Shown piece after piece: positions 1 to 8,663 of a DNA stretch of 64,000 nucleotides. Each line of letters starts with the position of its first letter. The first letter of the stretch is position 1. The stretch is from assembly GCA_016776505.1 (NCBI GenBank), contig JADHTG010000012.1:223-64222 (forward strand). The letters run 5' to 3'. Both the position numbers and the translations under genes were made by a program. Below the pieces are notes generated by a model. The model saw only the letters and a list, made by a program, of their open reading frames with translations. It searched no databases and was not told the DNA's origin. The DNA comes from Bacteroidota bacterium. GTDB taxonomy: Bacteria; Bacteroidota; Bacteroidia; CAILMK01; JAAYUY01.

Positions 1-171
1 GGTTAAACAAACGGCATTACCATCCACTCCATCAGTTCCGTCTGTACCATTGATACCGTCGGTACCTGCTGGTCCTGCAGGTCCGATAGGACCTTCACAA
101 CTCATGAAGAAAACAATTCCTGCTACCATCAGAAGGGAGAAGATACTGAAAATTACGTTGTTTTTTCTCAT
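1..171 (-). CDS. Multiheme cytochrome c lipoprotein, 5' fragment (paralog of 631..1686; gene continues beyond window start)
   Basis: Minus-strand translation from ATG at 171..169 reads MRKNNVIFSIFSLLMVAGIVFFMSCEGPIGPAGPAGTDGINGTDGTDGVDGNAVCLT. It has the same signal peptide, lipobox Cys and nine G-X-Y triplets as the 631..1686 product. The DNA aligns without gaps to 1516..1686. The plus-strand ORF 50..361 is its shadow. Confidence 0.8.
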   Translation of the reverse strand, partial: MRKNNVIFSIFSLLMVAGIVFFMSCEGPIGPAGPAGTDGINGTDGTDGVDGNAVCLT

Positions 172-219
172 GTCTTTAGTTTTTGTTTATAAATTAAATT
201 TCCATTATTGTACTGCCAA

Positions 220-227
220 CAAAGTTA
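220..227 (-). promoter_or_regulatory. Candidate Bacteroidetes-type -7 promoter box (TAnnTTTG)
   Basis: caaagtta is the reverse complement of TAACTTTG. It lies about 50 nt upstream of the ATG at 171. Confidence 0.4.
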
Positions 228-281
228 TTTTTTTCACAGCAAAATATATATTAAATATCTTGTCCTATAACATATTTTTTT

Positions 282-295
282 TTGAGATATATCAA
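282..295. promoter_or_regulatory. FNR/CRP-family type inverted repeat TTGAG-ATAT-ATCAA
   Basis: ttgagatatatcaa lies upstream of the candidate -7 box of the truncated hexaheme paralog. It has the same architecture as the boxes at 1828, 9172 and 9193. Confidence 0.4.
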
Positions 296-584
296 TTGCA
301 TTGTGATATAACTCATTTAAAATCATGTGGAAAAAATGCAATTCTTTGGGAATCAAAGTGAAGAAAAATAATGTGTTTTATTTACATAGATAGCTATAAT
401 GATATTTGAATAGCCTAAATTCTATCAATCATAAAGATCATTTTGACAATTAAATTACTTGCAGTAATTCAGCATTTCTAAGAAATATATTTTAAGCTAA
501 GCTTTTATGAGCTAAACTTTTCATACGCATACGACCATGGATTTGATCCTATTGCTAAAGATCATTTTCAACAGGATCAAAAAA

Positions 585-610
585 AAAGGCTCTCCATTTG
601 GAAAGCCTTT
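585..610 (-). terminator. Intrinsic terminator after the hexaheme cytochrome gene
   Basis: Stem AAAGGCT/AGCCTTT. On the minus strand it is followed by a run of about 9 T. It sits 20 nt past the stop at 631. Confidence 0.7.
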
Positions 611-630
611 TTAGTTTTTAATTAAAGTGC

Positions 631-1686
631 TTATAATGAAGCAAGAGTATTTTTAAGTACTGCTACAATATAATCTGGGTTATGAACTCCTAAGCTCTTG
701 TCTTCAGGAAGACACCATATGTAATTATAAGTTGCATTTGCAATCGAAATGTGATATGTTCCTGGTACTGGATGTCCATCATGATAAGAACCAGCTGTCT
801 CAAGCTTTGCTTCTATCTGATCCAGTAAATCCTGAACTTCCGTTTGAATACCTTCGTGATCAAAAGATGTGATAGTAGAGTGACATTTCTTACAATTCTC
901 AAGATTTGGCCAGAATGTATGTCCTCCAACATCAGCAGTTGCAATATTCATATGACAACCATTGCAGCTAGCAGATTTAAAATGAGGATGTGAACCTGGA
1001 GCAGGAATAGTTTCTGGTCCACTGATCTCAACTAAGCCAACTCCATAAAGTGATGCAGCTTGCGGTCCGTGATGAGGACCCCAGTGTGTACTGGTAATTC
1101 TGAAACTATCATTTGCATCAGCAGTTGGACCCACTCTACGTGGCTGATGACAAGTAACACAAGCATTTCCTGAGCCAAAATCAGCTGTAACTGAAGGCAT
1201 ACCTGCTGCTCTGTACATCAAAAAGTCTAATTCACCACCTCTACGTAATGAATAGTCAGGACCATCATTTTCAAAATCAAGTGTTGCATGAAAATCATGA
1301 CAAGTTTCACAAGTAATTGGAGTTGGATATGCGATACCAGCAGGCGAATTTGTGGTATCACCCCCATTCCACCATGATTCTAAATGTCCTTCATGTGAAT
1401 GACACATTCCACAACCCTGGCGTCCTCCAGCATAAGCTAAAGAGTGTGCACCCGATGCGTGTTGTGACTTAGCATATTGTGTTTCCTTTGCTGCTTTATT
1501 TGCTAAATTGTGGCAAGTTAAACAGACTGCGTTTCCATCTACCCCATCAGTTCCGTCTGATCCATTAATACCATCTGTACCTGCTGGTCCCTCAGGTCCG
1601 ATAGGCCCGGTACAACTCATAAAGAAGACAATACTGGCTACCATCATAAGGGATAAAATACTGAAAATTAAGTTTATTTTTTTCAT
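631..1686 (-). CDS. Hexaheme c-type cytochrome lipoprotein with collagen-like (G-X-Y)9 stalk
   Basis: Signal peptide ending in lipobox FFMSC. Nine uninterrupted triplets follow: GPI GPE GPA GTD GIN GSD GTD GVD GNA. Six CxxCH motifs are present (CLTCH, CGMCH, CETCH, CVTCH, CNGCH, CKKCH). Confidence 0.9.
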   Translation of the reverse strand: MKKINLIFSILSLMMVASIVFFMSCTGPIGPEGPAGTDGINGSDGTDGVDGNAVCLTCHNLANKAAKETQYAKSQHASGAHSLAYAGGRQGCGMCHSHEGHLESWWNGGDTTNSPAGIAYPTPITCETCHDFHATLDFENDGPDYSLRRGGELDFLMYRAAGMPSVTADFGSGNACVTCHQPRRVGPTADANDSFRITSTHWGPHHGPQAASLYGVGLVEISGPETIPAPGSHPHFKSASCNGCHMNIATADVGGHTFWPNLENCKKCHSTITSFDHEGIQTEVQDLLDQIEAKLETAGSYHDGHPVPGTYHISIANATYNYIWCLPEDKSLGVHNPDYIVAVLKNTLASL

Positions 1687-1743
1687 GTCGTTTGTTAGTT
1701 ATTTAGTTATTTAAAAATCTAATTATTTATATAATTAACTATT

Positions 1744-1751
1744 CAAAAGTA
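1744..1751 (-). promoter_or_regulatory. Candidate -7 promoter box (TAnnTTTG)
   Basis: caaaagta is the reverse complement of TACTTTTG. It lies 58 nt upstream of the ATG at 1686 and is the identical octamer to 9109..9116. Confidence 0.45.
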
Positions 1752-1827
1752 TGAATAAAACAAACCTTGTTATTACAATAACACATGATATTTGTTCAAT
1801 ATTTAGATGATACTTGTCAGTTCTTTA

Positions 1828-1841
1828 TTGACAAATATCAA
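1828..1841. promoter_or_regulatory. FNR/Dnr-type box TTGAC-AAAT-ATCAA
   Basis: ttgacaaatatcaa. A degenerate inverted copy, tgatatttgttcaa, lies at 1786..1799. Confidence 0.45.
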
Positions 1842-1843
1842 CA

Positions 1844-1875
1844 AAAAGGGCTTTCTGCACACAGAAAGCCCTTTT
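1844..1875 (-). terminator. Intrinsic terminator after monoheme cytochrome c gene 1895..2305
   Basis: 14-bp stem AAAAGGGCTTTCTG/CAGAAAGCCCTTTT with a 4-nt loop. A T-run follows on the minus strand. Confidence 0.75.
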
Positions 1876-1894
1876 CTAATAATTAGTATTTTTA

Positions 1895-2305
1895 TTACTT
1901 CATCGAACCCATGTAATTAAGGATGGCCCATCTGTCTTCTATGTCTGGAATTTTCTTTTCAAAATTTGGCATTTGATCTCGTCCAATAAATCCTTTGTAG
2001 TACTTCTCACCGTCAGTCTGGGCTTTGAAATCTTTAGCCAGAAAAGACCTGATTTTTGTATCAATTCCTAAGGATTTAGGTCCGTCCCCTGCTCCTTTAA
2101 CCCCATGACAGGATTTACAATGCTTGGAATACAAGGTTTTTCCAGTCGCTATGCTGGCTGCATCCACTTTTACCGGGTTCTTCATGCTTTTATACTTGGC
2201 AGGCACAACCCAGGGTTTTTGAACCAGGCTAAATGAAGCAAAAACAAAAGCACTTAAAAATAATGCGACAATAAATAATTGTTTTTTTTGATTTGAATTC
2301 TTCAT
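1895..2305 (-). CDS. Monoheme class I c-type cytochrome (paralog of 2458..2871)
   Basis: Signal/anchor helix, single CKSCHG motif and a distal Met region (GRDQMPNF). I prefer the ATG at 2305 (MKNSNQKK...) over the TTG at 2341 used by the ORF track. Confidence 0.8.
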   Translation of the reverse strand: MKNSNQKKQLFIVALFLSAFVFASFSLVQKPWVVPAKYKSMKNPVKVDAASIATGKTLYSKHCKSCHGVKGAGDGPKSLGIDTKIRSFLAKDFKAQTDGEKYYKGFIGRDQMPNFEKKIPDIEDRWAILNYMGSMK

Positions 2306-2413
2306 ATTTTTCAGATTTATAATTTTTACAAAGAGTGGCAATTTAGGATTAATTATTCATATGAAATAATTTAAATAGCTTTAACTCTTAATATATAATA
2401 TAGTAACAAAAAA

Positions 2414-2435
2414 AAGGCCACTTTTCAGTGGCCTT
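2414..2435 (-). terminator. Intrinsic terminator after cytochrome c gene 2458..2871
   Basis: Stem AAGGCCACT/AGTGGCCTT with loop TTTC. A T8 run follows on the minus strand. Confidence 0.75.
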
Positions 2436-2457
2436 AATAAATTCAGGAGATTTTTCT

Positions 2458-2871
2458 TTACTTGAAAGTTTCCATGTAATTGACGATTGCCCATTGATCT
2501 TCCTTATCTGGAATCTTTTTTGTAAAATTAGGCATCTCATCACGACCTATAAAGGATTTGTAATACTTTTCTCCATCTGTTTGTTTCTTGTAATCCGCAC
2601 TGGCTAATGACCGGATTTTAGAATCCAGATTCATTGCTTTAGGACCATCCCCCTTTCCTTTGGTTCCGTGACAGGATTTACAAAACTTATTATAAAGTGT
2701 TTTGCCAGTTGCAATATTTGCAGTAGTTGCCTTAAGTGGGTTCTTCATGCTTTTGTACTTGGCAGGAACTTCCCAGGGTTTTTGCTGGTCGGGTGTAAAT
2801 GCCACTAAAACCAAACCTACCATCAACACGGATAGAATGGCTAATGCGCTTTTTCCAAATTTAGTTTTCAT
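2458..2871 (-). CDS. Monoheme class I c-type cytochrome
   Basis: Signal peptide, CKSCHG motif, GRDEMPNF. It aligns along its whole mature length with the 1895..2305 product. Confidence 0.85.
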   Translation of the reverse strand: MKTKFGKSALAILSVLMVGLVLVAFTPDQQKPWEVPAKYKSMKNPLKATTANIATGKTLYNKFCKSCHGTKGKGDGPKAMNLDSKIRSLASADYKKQTDGEKYYKSFIGRDEMPNFTKKIPDKEDQWAIVNYMETFK

Positions 2872-2926
2872 AATCGTTGTTTTAAGTTGTTATCTATAAA
2901 AATACAAAAAGTATACCTGTTATTAT

Positions 2927-3814
2927 TTACTTGTTATTTAACATTTTCTTACCTGCTTTTCCTATCAGTGACAACTGGATAATGCTATAAATGTAATGTC
3001 CCCAAACACCCGCCAACAAAATGATTAAAGTAATGATCATCCATAAAGGAGCAACGGGTGTCCAGAGTTGTCTTCCGAATGTTTCGCGTAAATGGGCATG
3101 AAACGGCACACCCCAGTTCGCATGGGAGCGGATCTCTACATTGCCATACAATTCATGTTCTGGAATAAAAGCGATCAGCCCAATCTTACCTGATGAATCA
3201 CCACTGATTTTTACGGTAAACTCATATTCCAGTTCTCCTGCTTCAAGGTATTCCTCAGACACCGTTAAATTGGTGAACATCCTGGGCACCTGAATATATA
3301 CATCAGCTTCTTCAACTGCAATTTTATTATCCAGGCTATCTCTTTCATAGGCTAAAAGACTGATGGTGCGAACAGAATCAATTTCATTTAAATCCATCTC
3401 CAGCACAATATCTTTAAAACTGAATTCATCTTCATAATATGCATACAAATTATTTCCTTCAAAGACAGCCCGGATTGTAAAAAAGCCATCCGGATCTTTT
3501 GGTAATTTGTAATCGTTGCTGATCACAAATTGCGCAATTCCATCCGCATCCGTAAGTACTTCTCCAAGCAATCGTTCTTCCTCTTCCCCTATGCTGTAAA
3601 ATTGGATAGCTAAATCGGGTAAAAAATGAAATCCTTCGTCATCGCGAAAATAAATTTTAGCGGTGACTTCCTTCCCATAATTCATAACATTTTTGTATTC
3701 AAGTAAAATGGCTGGTTCTATCATTTCTTCCTGTGCCAGTAAATTATTACCTGGAATATTTGAAAGGAGTAAGAAGAGCGCAAAATATTTTAATAATTTT
3801 TTCATTTTCTTCAT
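2927..3814 (-). CDS. Secreted protein of unknown function with C-terminal transmembrane anchor
   Basis: N-terminal signal peptide (LLSNIPGNNLLAQ) and beta-rich repeats resembling Ig/carboxypeptidase-regulatory folds (TDADGIAQFVISN). A His-rich segment HANWGVPFHAHLRE precedes one TM helix. It sits in the operon directly after the NrfD-type gene. Confidence 0.6.
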   Translation of the reverse strand: MKKMKKLLKYFALFLLLSNIPGNNLLAQEEMIEPAILLEYKNVMNYGKEVTAKIYFRDDEGFHFLPDLAIQFYSIGEEEERLLGEVLTDADGIAQFVISNDYKLPKDPDGFFTIRAVFEGNNLYAYYEDEFSFKDIVLEMDLNEIDSVRTISLLAYERDSLDNKIAVEEADVYIQVPRMFTNLTVSEEYLEAGELEYEFTVKISGDSSGKIGLIAFIPEHELYGNVEIRSHANWGVPFHAHLRETFGRQLWTPVAPLWMIITLIILLAGVWGHYIYSIIQLSLIGKAGKKMLNNK

Positions 3815-3833
3815 TATTTAATAAGCCAGCACT

Positions 3834-5138
3834 TTAATCAATTTTTTTGTCATCTTCCACCACAGAAAGAGGAATAATAGGTACCATTTTTGAACCTATT
3901 GTAAAGAACAAACACAGGGAACCGATACCACCAATAGTCAGCACCCATTCCACCCAGGTGCCCCTGTAATGCACCCAGGCATCCCTTGCATCCTGTACAG
4001 GAAGGTAGGGTGTTTCCAAAGTAGGAACAACAATCAAATAGCGGTTAATCCAAAGTGCTACTATAACCACTACAGCTGCTAGCGTGATCCACCGGATTGT
4101 TCTCAATTTTGGCAGTCCTACAACTATTAATGGGACCAGGACACCGGCATAATTGGAAAACAGGAACAGCCAGTAATATCTGTCAAACAATATACTGATT
4201 AATTGCTCATCATTCTTTTCTGATCCATACCATTTTGTCAGGTATTCACTAAAGGTAAAATAGCCAAAAAATGCACCTAAAACCAGCATAACGACACCGA
4301 TATTCACAAAATGCTTTCGGGTTATTAAATCCTCGAGTTTATATATCTTCCTATAAATCCACATGATGACTATTAATACGGCTGTTCCGGAATACACGGC
4401 TGCAATAACGAAATACGGTCCAAAAATAGTGCTGTGCCAACCGGGTTGCAGGGTGACACTAAAAATCCACGCCAGCACAGAATACACAATGATAGCGATG
4501 GCTATGACCATTCCTGCCATGATATCGGTTGATCTTTCTAATCGCCTGCGCTGTTCAGGTGTATCCTTCCAATAAATGGCTAACCATCTGTATAATTTTT
4601 TTCTCCATTTGGCTACTTTTAAGTCAGGATAATCTCTCAATCTTGCAAAATCCCTGAGCAGGGCCAGGTAGAGGAATAAGAAGCAACCAATGATATCTGT
4701 TGAAATAGCGATCACATCCCATGTGATTGGAGATTGAATACGACCAAAAATAACCAGGTAATGCAATTTATCCAGTCGTCCCACACACAGCATGATGTAT
4801 AATGGCCCTATTAACAGAGAAAAAATAGTAAGAAACTCAGCCATCCGAATGATAGGCTTTCGCCAGTCGGACCTGAACAAATGCAATGTACCGGATATTA
4901 AAGCACCTGCATAACTGATTCCCATGAAAAAGATAAAATTAACAATGTATATTCCCCATACCACATTATCTCTCATACCTGTTACTATATGTCCCCTGGT
5001 AATTTGAGTTATTAATGCAAATATTCCAAGCAGAACAAGTAACACACAGAATATGATCCAGGCAACACCCAGTTTACTGGTTTTTTCCAGGTCGGGTGCA
5101 AATCGTTTCAGCAGAGCAGTAGGATTATCAGCTTTCAT
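3834..5138 (-). CDS. NrfD/PsrC-family integral membrane quinone-interacting subunit
   Basis: About 10 predicted TM helices. The N-terminal region is typical of the NrfD/PsrC/ActC family. An 11-nt overlap with the upstream FeS gene suggests translational coupling. Confidence 0.85.
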   Translation of the reverse strand: MKADNPTALLKRFAPDLEKTSKLGVAWIIFCVLLVLLGIFALITQITRGHIVTGMRDNVVWGIYIVNFIFFMGISYAGALISGTLHLFRSDWRKPIIRMAEFLTIFSLLIGPLYIMLCVGRLDKLHYLVIFGRIQSPITWDVIAISTDIIGCFLFLYLALLRDFARLRDYPDLKVAKWRKKLYRWLAIYWKDTPEQRRRLERSTDIMAGMVIAIAIIVYSVLAWIFSVTLQPGWHSTIFGPYFVIAAVYSGTAVLIVIMWIYRKIYKLEDLITRKHFVNIGVVMLVLGAFFGYFTFSEYLTKWYGSEKNDEQLISILFDRYYWLFLFSNYAGVLVPLIVVGLPKLRTIRWITLAAVVVIVALWINRYLIVVPTLETPYLPVQDARDAWVHYRGTWVEWVLTIGGIGSLCLFFTIGSKMVPIIPLSVVEDDKKID

Positions 5139-6096
5139 TTTCTAATTTTTTTACAAATGGGGTATTCTTGTATCTTTCCTTTAATTCCTCGTCCAGGCTT
5201 TCATAACCTCTTTCGACAGGGAAACTTCTATCAACAGCCGGCAAATAATAAACACTGGGTCGGGTTCCAAGGTTTTCATGATAACGATATCCTGACCGGT
5301 CACTGATCAATTGTGAAAAAACCACAGTTTCTGTACCATTCGTGACCGTATCTTCATTGATATCGCCAAAATAGATGACTCCCATAGGACAACCGGAGAC
5401 ACATCGCGGGAGCTTGCCGTTCTTCACTTTGTCGGCACAGAAAACACATTTGCCAACTGTCCCTTCCCTTGCGGGTATATTTGTTTCGGGAGAATAGGGA
5501 ATATCCTTATCTGCTTCTGCCGATTCGGGTTCATACCAATGAAATACACGTGCAGAATAAGGACATCCGGTCATACAAAATTTACATCCGATGCAGCGGT
5601 GTGTATCCACCAGCACAATTCCATCAGAGCGTTTATACGTTGCACCAACAGGGCAAACACTCACACACAATGGATTATCACAATGATAACATGGCCGGGG
5701 AAACCAGTAGGGTGCTGATTCCGCAGAATCCTGCAGCAAATACACCCTAATCCATTCCTGATCTTTGGAAATATGATGTCCTTCCTGGCAATCATCGATG
5801 CATTTTCTTGCATTTTTACACCTTGCCAGATCAATAACCATGACGAATTTTCTTCCTGGGATCCCCAGTCGGGATTCTTTTCTACCAGCTGGTTGTAAAT
5901 CAGGCTTGATATCGTATTTGTCCACTTCAACAATTTGTCCGTCTTCTGACAGCAGTTTGACTTTCTGACCAGATTTAGTGGAGCCAGTTGATGTCTTGGA
6001 AAGAAGAACTGCTCCAGCTGCAGCACCCGCACTGACAGTGAGGCCGAGTTTCAGGAAGTCTCTCCTGGATTCATGTTTGTTTTTCTTCTTCTTCAT
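5128..6096 (-). CDS. TAT-exported 4Fe-4S ferredoxin-type subunit (NrfC/PsrB/NosG-like)
   Basis: Twin-arginine signal SRRDFLKLG. Cys clusters CYHCDNPLCVSVCP, CIGCKFCMTGCP and CVFC...CVSGCP, plus a divergent first cluster. Confidence 0.9.
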   Translation of the reverse strand: MKKKKNKHESRRDFLKLGLTVSAGAAAGAVLLSKTSTGSTKSGQKVKLLSEDGQIVEVDKYDIKPDLQPAGRKESRLGIPGRKFVMVIDLARCKNARKCIDDCQEGHHISKDQEWIRVYLLQDSAESAPYWFPRPCYHCDNPLCVSVCPVGATYKRSDGIVLVDTHRCIGCKFCMTGCPYSARVFHWYEPESAEADKDIPYSPETNIPAREGTVGKCVFCADKVKNGKLPRCVSGCPMGVIYFGDINEDTVTNGTETVVFSQLISDRSGYRYHENLGTRPSVYYLPAVDRSFPVERGYESLDEELKERYKNTPFVKKLENES

Positions 6097-6144
6097 ATTC
6101 TTTATTAAAATTTAGTATGCCCTTTGGATGGCCAAATTCATCTA

Positions 6145-6756
6145 CTATTCATGCCAACCAGTAATCATGCTTTTGAAAGTATTTTTCACAGAGGGTCCGA
6201 TCGTGCATAAATAGATATGGATAAACATAAATATAGATAGAATAAACCCAATAGTGATATGCACCAAATCGTTGACTAACAGCCCGCTCAGGTTAAATAT
6301 TTTTAATATGACAATTTCAGGAAAAAGATAAGCCCAACCCGTTAATATAACAATAGGAAGTCCAATGAACAGTGCTAATACATAAGAAAACTGTTGCAAA
6401 GGATTGAACTTCATATTCTCTGATGTGGGGAACGGTGTATCTTCATGCTTAAAAATGCCATATATATAAAACCTGCCCTGCTTGTACAATCGATTCCAGA
6501 ATCCTTTATATTTTATCTTATAATGTTTCATGTTCCCCGAAACTATTCCCCCGATGATAAAAATCAGGTAACTGGCAGTTAATGTAATTCCCCCAATATT
6601 GTGTAATGTTATTGCCAGGTTGAAACCCACAATTTCCAAATCCTTGCTGGAATACTGTAAACTCAGGCCTGTAACAATAAGGAGTAGAAACATTAAAGCA
6701 TTTACCATATGCCAGACTCTGATAGCTACCGGATATAAATATAATCTTGTGCTCAT
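6145..6756 (-). CDS. Membrane b-type cytochrome (hydrogenase/PhsC-type cytochrome b family)
   Basis: 203 aa with 4-5 TM helices. The N-terminal RVWHMVNALMFLLLIVTGL motif and conserved His residues in the helices are typical of this family. Confidence 0.7.
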   Translation of the reverse strand: MSTRLYLYPVAIRVWHMVNALMFLLLIVTGLSLQYSSKDLEIVGFNLAITLHNIGGITLTASYLIFIIGGIVSGNMKHYKIKYKGFWNRLYKQGRFYIYGIFKHEDTPFPTSENMKFNPLQQFSYVLALFIGLPIVILTGWAYLFPEIVILKIFNLSGLLVNDLVHITIGFILSIFMFIHIYLCTIGPSVKNTFKSMITGWHE

Positions 6757-6760
6757 GGTG

Positions 6761-7738
6761 TTATTTTTTAGTGATTAAGCGTAAAATAAAATGCATTAGA
6801 ATAGCCATTATGGACAAAATGAATATTCCCATACTCATCTTATTCAAAAAAACATTTCTATTGGCACCAATAACAAAAGACTCATTTAAAATGACTCCAT
6901 TCATAAAACCCACATTCGATCTGGTTTCAATAGTGCGGAACTTATACAAACTTGCCATCAAATGAGAATTGGCAGAATGACATTCCACACAATTATGAAC
7001 TGCATCTTTTTTAGGTTGAACCAAATGTGCAACCAGAATATCATTATTAACAGCTGTATGGCACTCAATGCACCTGACATTCTTAAAATGAAGTGCCTGG
7101 TTGGGTAACCAGCCATGTGTTGTCAGAATGTTGGCATTTGTGCCTTCCATGATGAGATTGTATTTCTCAATATTTGCATGGCAACTCAGGCATATTAAGT
7201 TATCGTATTCAATGATTTCCTTGATCAGCTCAACTGAACGTGCAGCTATTCTATAAGTGTGTGCATCATGACACATCCAACAATTGAAATCCTCGCTGTG
7301 TTTAGTCGAATGAATGCTGCCGAGGAATTCTTCTTCAATTTGTTCGAACTGGTATTGTGCATAGTCCTCATCATAGCCATGGCAATCGATACAGGCATAT
7401 TTCTCCTCCATGCGTAAATAGACCGGGTGTGGAAACGAATCGTATTCTTCAGAATGACAGTCGGTGCATTTAAAAGAGTAATGATTAGACTGGTAATATT
7501 CATCCGGATAAATGACCCGGTCAGGACACATTTTATCCCTGACCTTTTTGTCCATTTCAGGATTAAAATAAGTATAAGTTGAGCTCTTATGACAGGCAAA
7601 GCACCTTTCATTGAATTTTTTATTTTCCTTGATCCGCTCCTCTTTTTGAGCCGATGCAGAAAAAATGACAAAAAGCATGAAGAGGGGAACCAGTCCTCTT
7701 ATTGCTATTTTGAACATTTTTAGCAACTTCCTTTCCAT
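6761..7738 (-). CDS. Heptaheme c-type cytochrome with C-terminal membrane anchor
   Basis: Signal peptide, seven CxxCH motifs (CFACH, CTDCH, CIDCH, CWMCH, CLSCH, CIECH, CVECH) and a C-terminal hydrophobic helix MSMGIFILSIMAILMHFILRLI. Confidence 0.9.
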   Translation of the reverse strand: MERKLLKMFKIAIRGLVPLFMLFVIFSASAQKEERIKENKKFNERCFACHKSSTYTYFNPEMDKKVRDKMCPDRVIYPDEYYQSNHYSFKCTDCHSEEYDSFPHPVYLRMEEKYACIDCHGYDEDYAQYQFEQIEEEFLGSIHSTKHSEDFNCWMCHDAHTYRIAARSVELIKEIIEYDNLICLSCHANIEKYNLIMEGTNANILTTHGWLPNQALHFKNVRCIECHTAVNNDILVAHLVQPKKDAVHNCVECHSANSHLMASLYKFRTIETRSNVGFMNGVILNESFVIGANRNVFLNKMSMGIFILSIMAILMHFILRLITKK

Positions 7739-7764
7739 AATTTATAGTTTTTTATTAAAGTCAT

Positions 7765-8637
7765 CTAGAACATGCGAACTGTAATATTGAAACCAATCAA
7801 TATATCACCGGCAAAGAAATCATTCTGATTGTATCCAAAATTCTTTTGGCTTAATATTTTATCAAAACTGGCGATAAATACCTGGAATGCATGTGTGCTT
7901 GTACTAATTTCCAGTCCGATCGCATAATTTGACTTTGGAAGAATGGAATAGGTTTCTTCGCTCATGGCAACAGGCAGATCATACTCAAAAATAAGAGAGT
8001 TAGAACCCCATAATTTATAGCGTCCACCTACTGAAACAGCCAGGTAATCATTTGAGTTAAATGAATCAACGGCATTGAAATGCGCATAACCGCAGGCAGC
8101 CTGCAATGATAGTTTATTGCTGAACTTCCTTCCTACAATAATCTCATGAAAATAGGATAAGCGGTTAGTGAATTTATAATTTACGCCAAAAACAGAAGTA
8201 TCACGTCCATCGATAACTGCAGCGCCATAATAAGCAATAGCGACAGGAATACTTCCATCCCTTGTCTGGTTTAAAATATTGTATTTCCAATGTACATCCT
8301 GGAGTTTATTGTTTTTCTCAGTTCCGATCCCTACTGCCAGTTTATCGGTGATACCGTATTGTAAACCCACACGAATATTGGAAGGAGCATATATACCCCA
8401 TAAATCAGAAGCTCCATTACCGAATTTCCCGAAGCGATGATGAATAAGCAACTCGAGTCCTCCTTTGTATGGATTCACATAAGTTGGATTATCGATCAGA
8501 AGTGTGCAGTCAAATGGCGACCGCACAGGGCGCTTGTCTTCAGTCTTTTCTTCCTGTGCATAAAGCTGAGAAGTAAAAGCGAATGAAAGTAAACACACTG
8601 CAAGTATGCTGACTATCCTTTTTGAAGTGTTTTTCAT
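7765..8637 (-). CDS. Outer-membrane beta-barrel protein (resembles the Bacteroidetes DUF5777-type barrel)
   Basis: Signal peptide, alternating amphipathic beta-strand pattern and a C-terminal aromatic residue (..ITVRMF). The family name is from memory, not from a search. Confidence 0.6.
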   Translation of the reverse strand: MKNTSKRIVSILAVCLLSFAFTSQLYAQEEKTEDKRPVRSPFDCTLLIDNPTYVNPYKGGLELLIHHRFGKFGNGASDLWGIYAPSNIRVGLQYGITDKLAVGIGTEKNNKLQDVHWKYNILNQTRDGSIPVAIAYYGAAVIDGRDTSVFGVNYKFTNRLSYFHEIIVGRKFSNKLSLQAACGYAHFNAVDSFNSNDYLAVSVGGRYKLWGSNSLIFEYDLPVAMSEETYSILPKSNYAIGLEISTSTHAFQVFIASFDKILSQKNFGYNQNDFFAGDILIGFNITVRMF

Positions 8638-8663
8638 ATATTTATCATTTATTTTTAATTTAA

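Noticed and set aside
50-361. Plus-strand ORF of 103 aa (and the similar ORF at 1508..1714)
   Set aside because: Their N-terminal halves (PSVPAGPAGPIGP...) are the antisense reading of the collagen-like and signal-peptide region of the minus-strand cytochrome genes. The remainder runs through AT-rich promoter DNA.
5469-6032. ORFs 5469..5750 (+) and 5661..6032 (-) inside the FeS subunit gene. Other internal or antisense ORFs are similar: 4363..4575, 7246..7671, 8606..8896, 12179..13063, 15074..16203, 24243..24796, 26401..27282, 29836..30240, 37349..37657, 41191..41701, 43820..45161 and 46629..48058.
   Set aside because: Each is fully contained in, or antisense to, a longer ORF with clear family motifs. 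None shows a recognisable motif of its own.
1895-6096. Idea that the FeS subunit, NrfD-type subunit and two monoheme cytochromes are nosG, nosH, nosC1 and nosC2 of a clade II N2O reductase cluster
   Set aside because: No nosZ, nosD, nosF, nosY or nosL genes are present in the window. The resemblance is to the electron-transfer module type only.
7765-8637. Idea that the beta-barrel plus multiheme cytochromes form an MtrAB/Pcc-type porin-cytochrome conduit
   Set aside because: The barrel is only about 290 aa, far smaller than the 26-28-strand MtrB/PioB-type sheaths. No periplasmic decaheme partner of MtrA type is evident. I kept it only as a remote possibility.
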